Notes under the pieces: generated by a model | Database searches by the model: none | What the model was told of the DNA's origin: nothing | The model's input: only the letters and a program-made list of their open reading frames with translations | Program-made: the position numbers and the translations under genes | Source: Acidobacteriota bacterium | GTDB lineage: Bacteria; Acidobacteriota; Vicinamibacteria; Vicinamibacterales; SCN-69-37 | Reading direction: 5' to 3' | DNA: 64,000 bases | Assembly: GCA_016716905.1 (NCBI GenBank) | Contig: JADJUS010000004.1 | Coordinates: 1,163,603 to 1,227,602, forward strand | Shown: positions 29,001 through 36,985 of the stretch, in pieces | Layout of the letters: each line of letters begins with the position of its first letter | How positions within the stretch are numbered: the first letter of the stretch is position 1

Positions 29001-29601
29001 GCTGGGTCCATTCGGCACTAGCGGCGCCGGTGTGGAACAACTCAAGCCCCTGTTTCCGGTCAAGGCTGACGCGTGGCCGGGCGCCGGCGCGTGGGTGGCC
29101 GGTGTCGCGCGCGCGTTGCCTTTGTGGCTTGAGCAGGGGGCCGCCAACCCGGATGCCGGCATTCAAGCCTTGTCGCTTGTGGCCCTGCGCCTCCACCAGA
29201 TGGGGGATCGAGAGGGCGCTCAGACCGCCGCGCGCCACCTCACGGCGGTGCTTCGCCGGAGTCCTGTCTCGTTGAAGGCGTCCACACTGGCGATGTCGGT
29301 GGGCGACCACGTGGGGGCGGCGGTTGATCTGCCCGTCCTGCAGGAACTGACGCGGCAAGGCCGCCTGGATCTGAGTCGCGTGCAGTTGGTCATCACGCGA
29401 ACCGCAGCGGCCGACGGCGCCGAGGCCGCGCTTCGCCTGGGCGAGGTCGCCGCCCAGTCCACGTCCAACGCAGATCTGCTCAAGCAGCTCATCAGCATCG
29501 CGCAGACCGCCGGCAACGCCCAGGAAGCGCAGCGCTGGACCGCCCGGCAAGCCGAAGCCGACGCCGCCCGCGCCCAGTTGAAAAAAGCGCCACCGAAGTA
29601 G
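23089..29601 (+). CDS. giant (2170 aa) TPR/alpha-solenoid repeat protein with N-terminal signal or anchor
   Basis: A single uninterrupted 6.5-kb ORF. N-terminus MHVFVVVSLFAGLLGTVPQQA. Repeated A/L/Y-rich helical hairpins run throughout (for example ...KARLFDASGKMDETREWYQKALSL..., ...YYLEQGDQQSARALWKDFL...). Starts 4 nt after the preceding gene. Confidence 0.85.
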   Translation: MHVFVVVSLFAGLLGTVPQQARTITVPVRIEPRVVERLYNEAIIRDGSIDPLVGQLGALCADVARPKRSRANACLLRSHLEWRHGRMAPAMAAADEGLAVDPYDDMVFHKARLFDASGKMDETREWYQKALSLTTNPQLKETIRLRLTFTEVIAKDVQGLVALAKASPRDFRNRAAIALAILDFDKEAADLYQVFGEGTDRFRHHIRVAQWAIQAGDAPKAQTESWQAVQTATFDRDRNYGLSLLVEAHTLDKSLDKLLDRFAQQPTLSPEAQSVRIDLLRQTGQYDKAIELFKSANGQQLGPEMRRELLRMYRDAGQDAAMVAEYRRLISSEPALTDWVEGLSQYYLEQGDQQSARALWKDFLDRNTVVGTLLIGSDAMTDFGLHDLAVAATEKALANSPGIEDAAQVRLAQFELHRQRGANADAEAALAALDALLPAQSPFRTELADAYERIQKPQLAATTLERLSASKGGLSIDERMRLAWLFDSTGRRDDALLIWRELWNSESLAARRKLVEERLLMLAAELGTLGELAVDLEEKLANGTAVPRDVSLLVSIYTKVGDSVSAIEVVTSAAAQKGNAKTEVESLKEQAQIYLALAEYPDFTRVTRRLMEVDPDRKVDYLQSLLLNQIEAGADGVQDGQDGTVQLREWLGQLRKVGGDAVGAEFEAGVLEMAGFRDQALESYRRALAQHPERADDHLLLADLLRQAGRQAEAVTSLQYVTETAESDELFLVAIDGITNMRAGETTIKWAQRRALERLTSRDDKLYLYEMLAELAEETKDAKAYIATLETSLAHADSRRSHVLRELLAATAEVTTYEASLRLANPEAALNVAYARRLIALGEELPPDVYVDLGRTFIKMNDPAAARRAFDLAVDRTGRTSVVVDAAKLFERGGFDREAIREYERALVANSSDLETMVRLARLRERAGAVDTANELYLRALLGVLGRQNRKIEGSGPAPALETQVTFEYKRYYQILLSGVLATLPQATAPAGATVARLAPIEAAFDQELRQVAASETTTAPLGHFPRLAVYTQTLRALAYGAGVPAVSDRADAALRRQFSADPSVAAQAVQERERWGYSTPEAASANRPMDSADYMRDVGVALSAGDQDAALTAYRQWARFAGSPKPPIFLGTIELPDRSPGIPEVATHAWQRLDERHFGSLAQHIQGIIADDDTYAEKLVLDLIYQYEVPEVPILTRVEQVLGQPLIAEERLWRLVNQRKDWSLLNVAYVISRLAPDRQIDFIDRYAKASELNWLTLLKSWGIVLQKPMDAPRAARFMTVVKAALVGSLKRGSGSALLPNFMIYTFSAGIAPVNAPLVEEIEQFLAEKHPQVFKVGYWKASLLRDLGRDQEAIAAFVDAALQMYVPLPQPGTAIPQGAPSPYAYSGFVSAFAPFLLPKYRGELLALLEQKESAPAGLTEALISLRMELSRFDPTGDSRQLMAALQGLADRHPKNEQVRNLLHPLYDQWGNTNKAIEVLTELTRLKPDNREYRYKLISLWQKLDYPENVVKVAGAQTVDELAPPVVRNYYMESVTGAPTVRFPTLKRALDQIKALATGGDPKEAAMGLRTLLQTLPPAGMSINEFAQARDQADPYLYIRDFLMLDGEPHPKTADAPESSAPAVPVAAGGMVALRPAAPAGTPPTASRTLNTYDRLMKSLELTTAEVTPRAAKLTEVVGRSGFGIAELEAFLSNLRAADIDKQYVFINMLVDAYVSGGRADDELQRRSADAASGQMGQKNATVWLGLAARQPGARAKDLLQTAEAGGLLSRAQSALSQMFLARLYAAAGQPDNALKTYIRVATMVLAGAANNVQPNLTQTDAYGRDNGLMLFTGLGLFDEARPRLDAAGLDALVAEMLALSRPPVGPVVQQMHARFVNILYVRATGAGLSLPSLQKEAAAMQVTSAWPRAEVLQASFVRAHMGSLDEALRLLQTTLSRDFETRDMMTSAQSNAQFAWRQYQIALGLAGDAQLLGPFGTSGAGVEQLKPLFPVKADAWPGAGAWVAGVARALPLWLEQGAANPDAGIQALSLVALRLHQMGDREGAQTAARHLTAVLRRSPVSLKASTLAMSVGDHVGAAVDLPVLQELTRQGRLDLSRVQLVITRTAAADGAEAALRLGEVAAQSTSNADLLKQLISIAQTAGNAQEAQRWTARQAEADAARAQLKKAPPK

Positions 29602-30340
29602 GCGCGTTTTCGAGAACGTAGCTCGGCCTCCGGAATTTCGTAGCTCGGCCTCGCGGGGTGGACACGTTGTGCGTGTTCATCGCGCGGCCTCCCGAATTTC
29701 GTAGCGCGGCCTGGGGGCGAAGGAATGGCGTGCGTGTCCTGAATTTCGTAGCGCGGCCTGGTTCTCAAGGCCGCGGCTCTTTCACCTGCGCGGAGCGCAG
29801 CGCCTTCAGCGGGGGCACGTCGTGTCGCCTCCGCGGAGTGAGGCGAGAAACGCGCGCCTCCGCCGGCGTGTCCTGCCGTCAGACCGCGTGGGGGCCCCCA
29901 TCCCCACGCTTGGGGTCATCGACTCCGGCGCACGTTTCGACCTGTCGCAGTCGCCTCACTCCGAGTCGGCGTCACGACGTCCCCCCGCCGAAGCCGCCGC
30001 GGGTGTCCGTGAATGTCCTGTGGGTGACGTAGCGCGGCTTGTAAGGAGAAGGGACGCCGTGCGTGTCCGGAATTTCGTAGCGCGGCCTTGGGCGTGGACA
30101 CGTTGGGGGGGTTCCGGGGGGGGGCGCCGGGATTCGTAGCGCTGGGTCTCAAGGCCGCGGCACTTGGGCCTGCGCGGAGCGCGTCGCCTTCTGCGGGTCA
30201 CCTAATGCCAATTGCGCGGACCAAAGGGAGAGACCCGCGCCTCCGCCGGCTGTCTTGGGTTCAAAACCTCCGCCGAAAACGCCGCATGTGTCTTCGGCCC
30301 TTGCAGTTCTTCGTGCTAGGCTCGGCCCGTCAGTGAGCGG
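29602..30340. repeat. REP-A cluster (many ttcgtagcgcggcc... units, two ~150-nt higher-order units)
   Basis: gaatttcgtagc[gt]cggcc occurs at about 29632, 29692, 29740 and 30070, and ggattcgtagcgctgg at 30130. Units 29740-29900 and 30125-30290 share ctcaaggccgcggc...ctgcgcggagcgc...cgccttc.gcggg...cgcgcctccgccggc. Confidence 0.8.
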
Positions 30341-30390
30341 AGGCCGTGGATCACAAGTCGGCGGCATGACCCAGCACGCTGACGAGGGGG

Positions 30391-30882
30391 ATGCAGATTA
30401 TGGTTCGTCAGACGGTGGTCGTCTTCGTGCTTTCGGTCTTGTTTGCAGGTGCTCGAAGCGGCGCAGAGGTTAGAGACATGGTCGGTACACCCCAATCAAC
30501 TCAGGAGACTCTTGGGCTGAACAACGGACGTTTTTGGGAACTGTTGCCCAACGACCCAGGTGTTCGAGCCCTCACTTGGCGGGGATCTTGATGGGTGGAG
30601 GCCGGGGGGGGCGAACAGGATGTTGCGGCGAGTTCCACTCTGGCCGTCATGGCAGCCGGAGGCACGTTCACCCTCGGTGAATTGGTGGCATTTACTAACG
30701 GCGTTTACGCGCAGCCTGAGAACCTGAGCCTCCCTGTTGGGTGGGTCTTGATGACCGCATTTGCGGTTCAGAGAGGAGAAGCGGCGAAGGAACCACTTCT
30801 GACCGCGCTGCGAGCTCATCTGGCGGCCCTTTTTTCAAGGAATCGGACCCCAATGCCGTCCGAGATCCGTCCAACGCCCTGA
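30391..30882 (+). pseudogene. secreted hypothetical protein interrupted by an in-frame TGA (30589-30591) next to a G8 run
   Basis: ORFs 30391..30591 and 30595..30882 share one frame. The N-terminus MQIMVRQTVVVFVLSVLFAGARSG looks like a signal peptide. A gggggggg homopolymer lies about 15 nt downstream of the stop. Confidence 0.4.
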
Positions 30883-31374
30883 TTCTCAGCTTCAAGAAGA
30901 TTCGGTAGTGTTGAGTTTGAAATTCGCCGGGCTTCCAAGTCGCCGATTCTGACTGGCTTACTGGGCTAGAATCACCGCCCATGACCCAGCACCGGAAGAC
31001 GTTCTTTCAGTGGGCCTCCGCTTTCGTTGGACTGTCATCGTCGATTCTTTTGGCGGCTGGAAGTCTGGGGTCGTCTGCAGCCTCAATTGCAGGTATTGCC
31101 TCACCCAAGTGGGACTACAGCCCAGAACTAGCCAGATCCTGCGGAGCACCGCAGACGGCACGGTAGGCTTCTTCCTTTTGACGATTTCCTTCGCCATGGC
31201 CATTCCCGCCTGATCCCAGATGCCAGGACCGAGACGCAGGATGCCGACTTAAGGCTCGCGAGGGCCTTCGGAGTGATTGTCGGGGTGTCTCTCCTCGCGG
31301 TCGGATGCTTTATCTGGGATCTACGCTGACAACATCACGGCTGCCTCAGCGGCGATGGCGGCTTCGCCTGCTGG

Positions 31375-31635
31375 GTGATGAACGCTCACCGCGCACAAAA
31401 GAATGGGTACCTTCTGATTGTTAGGCATGGGCAAAATGGTCATCGTTTTGCGATAACCACTCCCGACAACTTAGTGGTGTACTCGGACGGCTATCCGGCC
31501 TACGAATCAGACCTCGAGGCCCGGAAGGCAGCCGTGGAGTTCCTGGAATCTAGCTTTGGCATCGCCGCCGAATACGAGTCCCTTCCCTGGACGCCAACGT
31601 CCATTGAATCGCTTGCGGTTACGCCCAGTGACTAA
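31375..31635 (+). CDS. small hypothetical protein, possibly DUF1508 (YegP-like)
   Basis: 86 aa. GHRFAITTPDNLVVYSDGYPAYESDLEARKAAVEFLE loosely fits the YegP repeat pattern ([FY]RF..a.NG.vi..Se.Y.s...a..gi.sv). Lies in the low-GC islet. Confidence 0.35.
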   Translation: MMNAHRAQKNGYLLIVRHGQNGHRFAITTPDNLVVYSDGYPAYESDLEARKAAVEFLESSFGIAAEYESLPWTPTSIESLAVTPSD

Positions 31636-31677
31636 AACTGAGACCAGACCGAGAGGCGTCCAAGCAGTGGTTGGCCT

Positions 31678-32761
31678 TTGCCAGCGGTAGGTAGTTGGGA
31701 CTCGAAGAAGATGCCATCACAGGGCCTGACGACAGGCAAAGAGAGACTCCGGCGGGATTGCGGGCAGCTCGTCAGAGAGCTGGAGGCCGTCCTGTGCCTC
31801 TCGTGTGCTCTGGACCAGCCCGGGCGCGCAAATCGAAAGGCCGACCTGGCCTTCATTGAGACCGCCACCAAGAAGGAGTTGCAAACCTTCTTCAATGCGG
31901 CGGAAGGCCGCCTGTTCGAGGTTCGCCAGTACTTCAGGGTGACCGCCAAGTCGCGCGAAGTCCGGCAGCTTTACAAAGACATGAAGGATGCCGGCGCTGA
32001 GCGAGTCTCTTGGCTGCCGCTTTTCACGCTTCGATCGATGTTTGTCGACTATTCGCAAATCCTTACGGGATCCGAGCGGTTTCCCGCTCACGCGAGGGTT
32101 TCATTCGACCCAGACGGAACTCACTATCCTGAAAGTCCGCACCCTGAGATTTTTCTCTTGGAGGCGAGTCTTTTCGAGGACATGGCAGCTCTCTACAACA
32201 TGGCTGGCACTGAGCCGCGGTGGACTTCCGGCGGAAGCAAACAGCTGCTCAAGCAGGAGATTGCACTGAGTCGGGCAACAGTTTTGGCGTCCTTGCACTT
32301 TGTTGAGGCCTATCTCAATGGTGTCGCATTTGACTGCCTGCGCGCAGGAGGCGGCGGGCTGTCGCCGAAGCAGAGGGACGAATTGGCGGATTGGGACACA
32401 GGGGACCGGCCGATGCCCTCTGAGCGAGAAATTTCTCGCCTATCAGCGAATAATCTTAAACGTGAAGCATGCGCCCTTGCAGGAGAGCAATTGTCACGAA
32501 TGGCAGGCGATTGCCAAGTTTGCAAAACAACTGCGAGACGCATTGGCACACCCCTCTGCTGGCGTCGACCCGCGGACCCGTCGCCAGGAGAAGGAGCTTG
32601 CGATCTTGTCGCTTTCCTTGGAGCAGGTGACAGAAGTGGTGGACTCAGCGGTCGGAGTGGTCCGTAGGTTGAATCACGTCCTGGCACGGGCCGGCACGGA
32701 ACTGTGGTGGTTACACGATCGCGATGCATCAGGGCGTTTCCCTGTCGGAGCGTTCGATTAA
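31678..32761 (+). pseudogene. hypothetical protein with one apparent frameshift near 32410-32440; C-terminal part carries an Rx4H (HEPN-like) motif
   Basis: ORF 31678..32667 reads sensibly to ...SPKQRDELADWDTGDR. Sensible sequence then continues in ORF 32300..32761 (...EKFLAYQRIILNVKHAPLQESNCHEWQAIAKFAKQLRDALAHPSAG...). The start may be the internal MPSQGL at 31711. Confidence 0.45.
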
Positions 32762-33133
32762 ACAGAAGCCCGAGTGAGCAAGCGTCTGACTACTGGCGGA
32801 AATTCATCACGGCTGCCGTTCTTGTGCGCCATATCGTGATCAGCGAGCAGGTCTGGTCGGCCAAGGTGGCCCCGCAGACGTCGCCAGAGTTTCGCGATGC
32901 CCAGGTGCCCCCGGAACGTCTCGGCTGACGACACTCGATCTGGCTTGTCGAACAATCCCGTCTTCAGAGCCAAATCGCCGTTATTGTCGATTCGGAGCGC
33001 GAAGAGTTGGCGGCGCTACCGCTTTTGGGCACCTCCGGCCTGAGATATTGCGCGCAGATCCCCGTAGATCACCATGCCCCGCATGGTGTACCTTTGCCGC
33101 GTCTGTCCCACCATTCAGCGAGGCTCTAGTCTT

Positions 33134-34762
<1,629 letters not shown>

Positions 34763-34853
34763 GAAGGTTTTGGGGGCGGCCCGGGCCCGGGCGCGGCCCC
34801 CGGGCGGGGTTTTCGTAGCGGGGCGCCGGGGCCCGGGGGCGCCCCCCGGCGCT
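34763..34853. repeat. GC-rich palindromic spacer related to REP-A (terminator-like)
   Basis: ttttggggg cggcccgggcccgggcgcggcc...ggggttttcgtagc ggggcgcc ggggcccggg ggcgcccc. The second block is an 8-bp stem hairpin. Confidence 0.45.
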
Positions 34854-34854
34854 G

Positions 34855-34886
34855 GGGAACTTAGGAACTGAGGAACTGGGGAACTG
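34855..34886 (+). repeat. 8-bp microsatellite (RGGAACTG) x4 abutting the start codon of the DUF1080 gene
   Basis: gggaactt aggaactg aggaactg gggaactg, followed directly by the ATG at 34887. Confidence 0.9.
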
Positions 34887-35579
34887 ATGACGAAGTGTCT
34901 CGCCGCAGCGGCGATCAGTGTAGCGCTCGCGGCTGCGGCGCCGGTGTCGGCTCAGTCGGGCTGGGTGTCGCTGTTCGATGGCAAGGATATTTCGACGCAC
35001 TGGCGCGGGTTCAAGCAGCCGGGCATGCCGGCCGGGTGGGAAATCGTGGACGGCACGATCACCTGGACCGGGGCAGGACGGCCCACCGGGCGTCCGGTCG
35101 ATTCGGATCTGGTGAGCCTCGAGCAGTACGCCAACTTCGAGCTTGAGTGGGAGTGGAAACTGCCGCCCGGGGGCAACAGCGGCATCATGTTCCGCGTGTC
35201 AGAAAATCTTGAAGCCACGTATCACAGCGGTCCCGAGTATCAGCTCCTGGATAACGCGCGTCACCCCGACGGCAAAGATCCCCGGACCTCCACTGGTGCC
35301 AACTACGCGATTCAGGCGCCCCCTCACGACATGTCGAAGCCCATCGGTGAGTGGAACCAGAGCAAGCTGGTGGTCAACGGCGCCCACGTCGAGCACTGGC
35401 TCAACGGGATGAAGGTGGTGGAGTACGAGTTGTGGACGCCGGAATGGACAGCGCTGGTGAAGAAGAGCAAGTTCAACCAGTGGCCGGCGTACGGGATGAA
35501 CAAGTCAGGACACATTGTCATTCAGGAGCACGGGGCACGCGTGCAGTACCGCAACGTGCGTGTGCGGAGACTGCAGTAA
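34887..35579 (+). CDS. DUF1080 (3-keto-disaccharide hydrolase-like) domain protein, secreted
   Basis: Signal peptide, then GWVSLFDGKDISTHWRGF, GGNSGIMFRV, GPEYQLLDN, KPIGEWNQSKLVVNGAHVEHWLNG and GHIVIQEHGARVQYRNVRVR. This is the classic DUF1080 layout. Confidence 0.88.
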   Translation: MTKCLAAAAISVALAAAAPVSAQSGWVSLFDGKDISTHWRGFKQPGMPAGWEIVDGTITWTGAGRPTGRPVDSDLVSLEQYANFELEWEWKLPPGGNSGIMFRVSENLEATYHSGPEYQLLDNARHPDGKDPRTSTGANYAIQAPPHDMSKPIGEWNQSKLVVNGAHVEHWLNGMKVVEYELWTPEWTALVKKSKFNQWPAYGMNKSGHIVIQEHGARVQYRNVRVRRLQ

Positions 35580-35581
35580 CC

Positions 35582-36880
35582 ATGAATACACGCCAGCGCT
35601 TGTTCGTGATGATGGTGCTCGAGTTTTTTATCTGGGGCGCCTGGCTTCCGTTGATTTTCGGGTACCTGCCGAGTCTGGGCTTCACCCCGCTTGAGCAGTC
35701 GCTGATTCTCAGCGCCTTCCCCGTGGCGTCCATCATCGGCATGTTCTTCAGCAACCAATGGGCGGACCGGTCGGCATCCCCTGAGCGCGTATTGGCGTTG
35801 TCTCACCTAGTCGGCGGACTGGCGATTCTGGGCTGTGGGTTCACCCGCTCCTTCCTGCCGTTCTTTGCGCTGATGTTCGTGCATTGCCTCCTCTACGTGC
35901 CGACGATCTCGATCACCAACTCGATCGCGTTCGCCAACATGAAGAACCCCGACAAGGAGTTCGGTATCGTGCGCATGGGCGGCACCATCGGCTGGATCCT
36001 TGCCGCCTGGCCGTTCACGTTCATTTTCGTCAACTGGGCGGCCGTGGATGCCGCGCAGCCGATTGGCCTGGTGAACTGGCTCGGCACCGCACTCGCGAAT
36101 CCGCTCACCGGTGATGCCGCCAAAGCCGCCACCCGCTGGACATTCATCGTTGCCGGGCTCGCGTCACTCGCGCTGGCAGCATTCAGCCTCGTGCTGCCGA
36201 AATCCGCGCCGCAAACTCGCCCGGCCGGTGCCGGCGGCACGGCGTGGTCGGAAGCCTTCGGCCTGCTCAAGCATCCGTTCATCCTGGTGCTCTGGCTGGT
36301 CACTCTGGTTGACTCGTTCGTGCACAACGCCTACTTCAACTGGACTGGCGTGTTCCTCGGCACCGCGCGCGAGGCAGGCGGCGTGGGCATCGCCTCCAAC
36401 TGGATTACGCCCGTGATGAGCATCGGCCAGGTCGCCGAAATTCTGACGATGCTGGTGTTGGGCGCGACGCTGGTCAAACTCGGCTGGCGGACGACGATGG
36501 TGATTGGCATCCTGGGGCATGCGGCGCGGTTCGCGGTGTATGCGTTGTTCCCGGCCAGCGCCGCCATGATCATCGCGGTGCAGATCCTGCACGGCATCTG
36601 TTACGCGTTCTTCTTTGCCACGGTCTACATCTTTGTGGATGCGTACAGCCCGAAGAACATCAGGGCGAGCGCGCAGGGATTGTTCAACCTGCAGATTCTG
36701 GGCATCGGCGCGCTGTTAGCCAACTTCATCTGTCCGTGGCTGATGCAGAGCGTCTACACCACCGGCGGAGTCACGGACTTCAAGGGCCTGTTCATGGTGC
36801 CGCTGGCGGCGGCGTCCATCGGAGCCATTGCACTGGCGCTGTTCTTCCGGCCCCCTGCTTCGGGACCCGCGGCCACGTAG
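35582..36880 (+). CDS. MFS transporter, nucleoside:H+ symporter-like family
   Basis: 12-TM profile. The N-terminus MNTRQRLFVMMVLEFFIWGAWLPLIFGYL resembles the Nuc_H_symport family. Start trimmed from 35351 to the ATG at 35582, 2 nt after the DUF1080 stop. Confidence 0.78.
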   Translation: MNTRQRLFVMMVLEFFIWGAWLPLIFGYLPSLGFTPLEQSLILSAFPVASIIGMFFSNQWADRSASPERVLALSHLVGGLAILGCGFTRSFLPFFALMFVHCLLYVPTISITNSIAFANMKNPDKEFGIVRMGGTIGWILAAWPFTFIFVNWAAVDAAQPIGLVNWLGTALANPLTGDAAKAATRWTFIVAGLASLALAAFSLVLPKSAPQTRPAGAGGTAWSEAFGLLKHPFILVLWLVTLVDSFVHNAYFNWTGVFLGTAREAGGVGIASNWITPVMSIGQVAEILTMLVLGATLVKLGWRTTMVIGILGHAARFAVYALFPASAAMIIAVQILHGICYAFFFATVYIFVDAYSPKNIRASAQGLFNLQILGIGALLANFICPWLMQSVYTTGGVTDFKGLFMVPLAAASIGAIALALFFRPPASGPAAT

Positions 36881-36884
36881 ATCG

Positions 36885-36959
36885 GCGCGCTTGAGACCCA
36901 GCGCGCCCTACGAAAGGCGGTTTCGTAGCGCGGCCTGGGTCTCAAGGCCGCGGCTTTTT
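36885..36959. terminator. inverted REP-A pair forming a long hairpin followed by a T-run
   Basis: gcgcgcttgagacccagcgcgccctacgaaa ggcgg tttcgtagcgcggcctgggtctcaaggccgcgg cttttt. The inner hairpin is gcggcc-N10-ggccgc plus T5. Confidence 0.5.
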
Positions 36960-36985
36960 GACTGGGCAAGGCCAAGGAGAAACGC

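Noticed and set aside
30240-30290. tRNA-like T-arm sequence (cttgggttcaaaacctcc) at the islet boundary
   Set aside because: No acceptor or anticodon stems can be drawn around it. The sequence belongs to the duplicated REP-A higher-order unit (compare 29860-29900).
29602-30340. Possible CRISPR array (recurring ttcgtagcgcggcc motif)
   Set aside because: Repeat spacing is irregular (about 25, 60, 48 and 330 nt). The units are degenerate and occur in both orientations elsewhere in the window. No cas genes are present. It behaves as a REP/BIME-like cluster.
30589-30591. In-frame TGA as selenocysteine or programmed readthrough
   Set aside because: There is no SECIS-like hairpin immediately downstream and no Cys-containing redox context. 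The adjacent G8 homopolymer and the generally decayed islet make an indel or pseudogene explanation more likely.
30350-32975. Prophage or integrative element
   Set aside because: No integrase, excisionase, phage structural genes, tRNA target or flanking direct repeats could be found. It is kept only as a compositional islet of decayed genes.
35351-35581. N-terminal extension of the MFS transporter ORF overlapping the DUF1080 gene
   Set aside because: The extension is an alternative-frame read of the DUF1080 CDS. The transporter's first TM segment follows the ATG at 35582.
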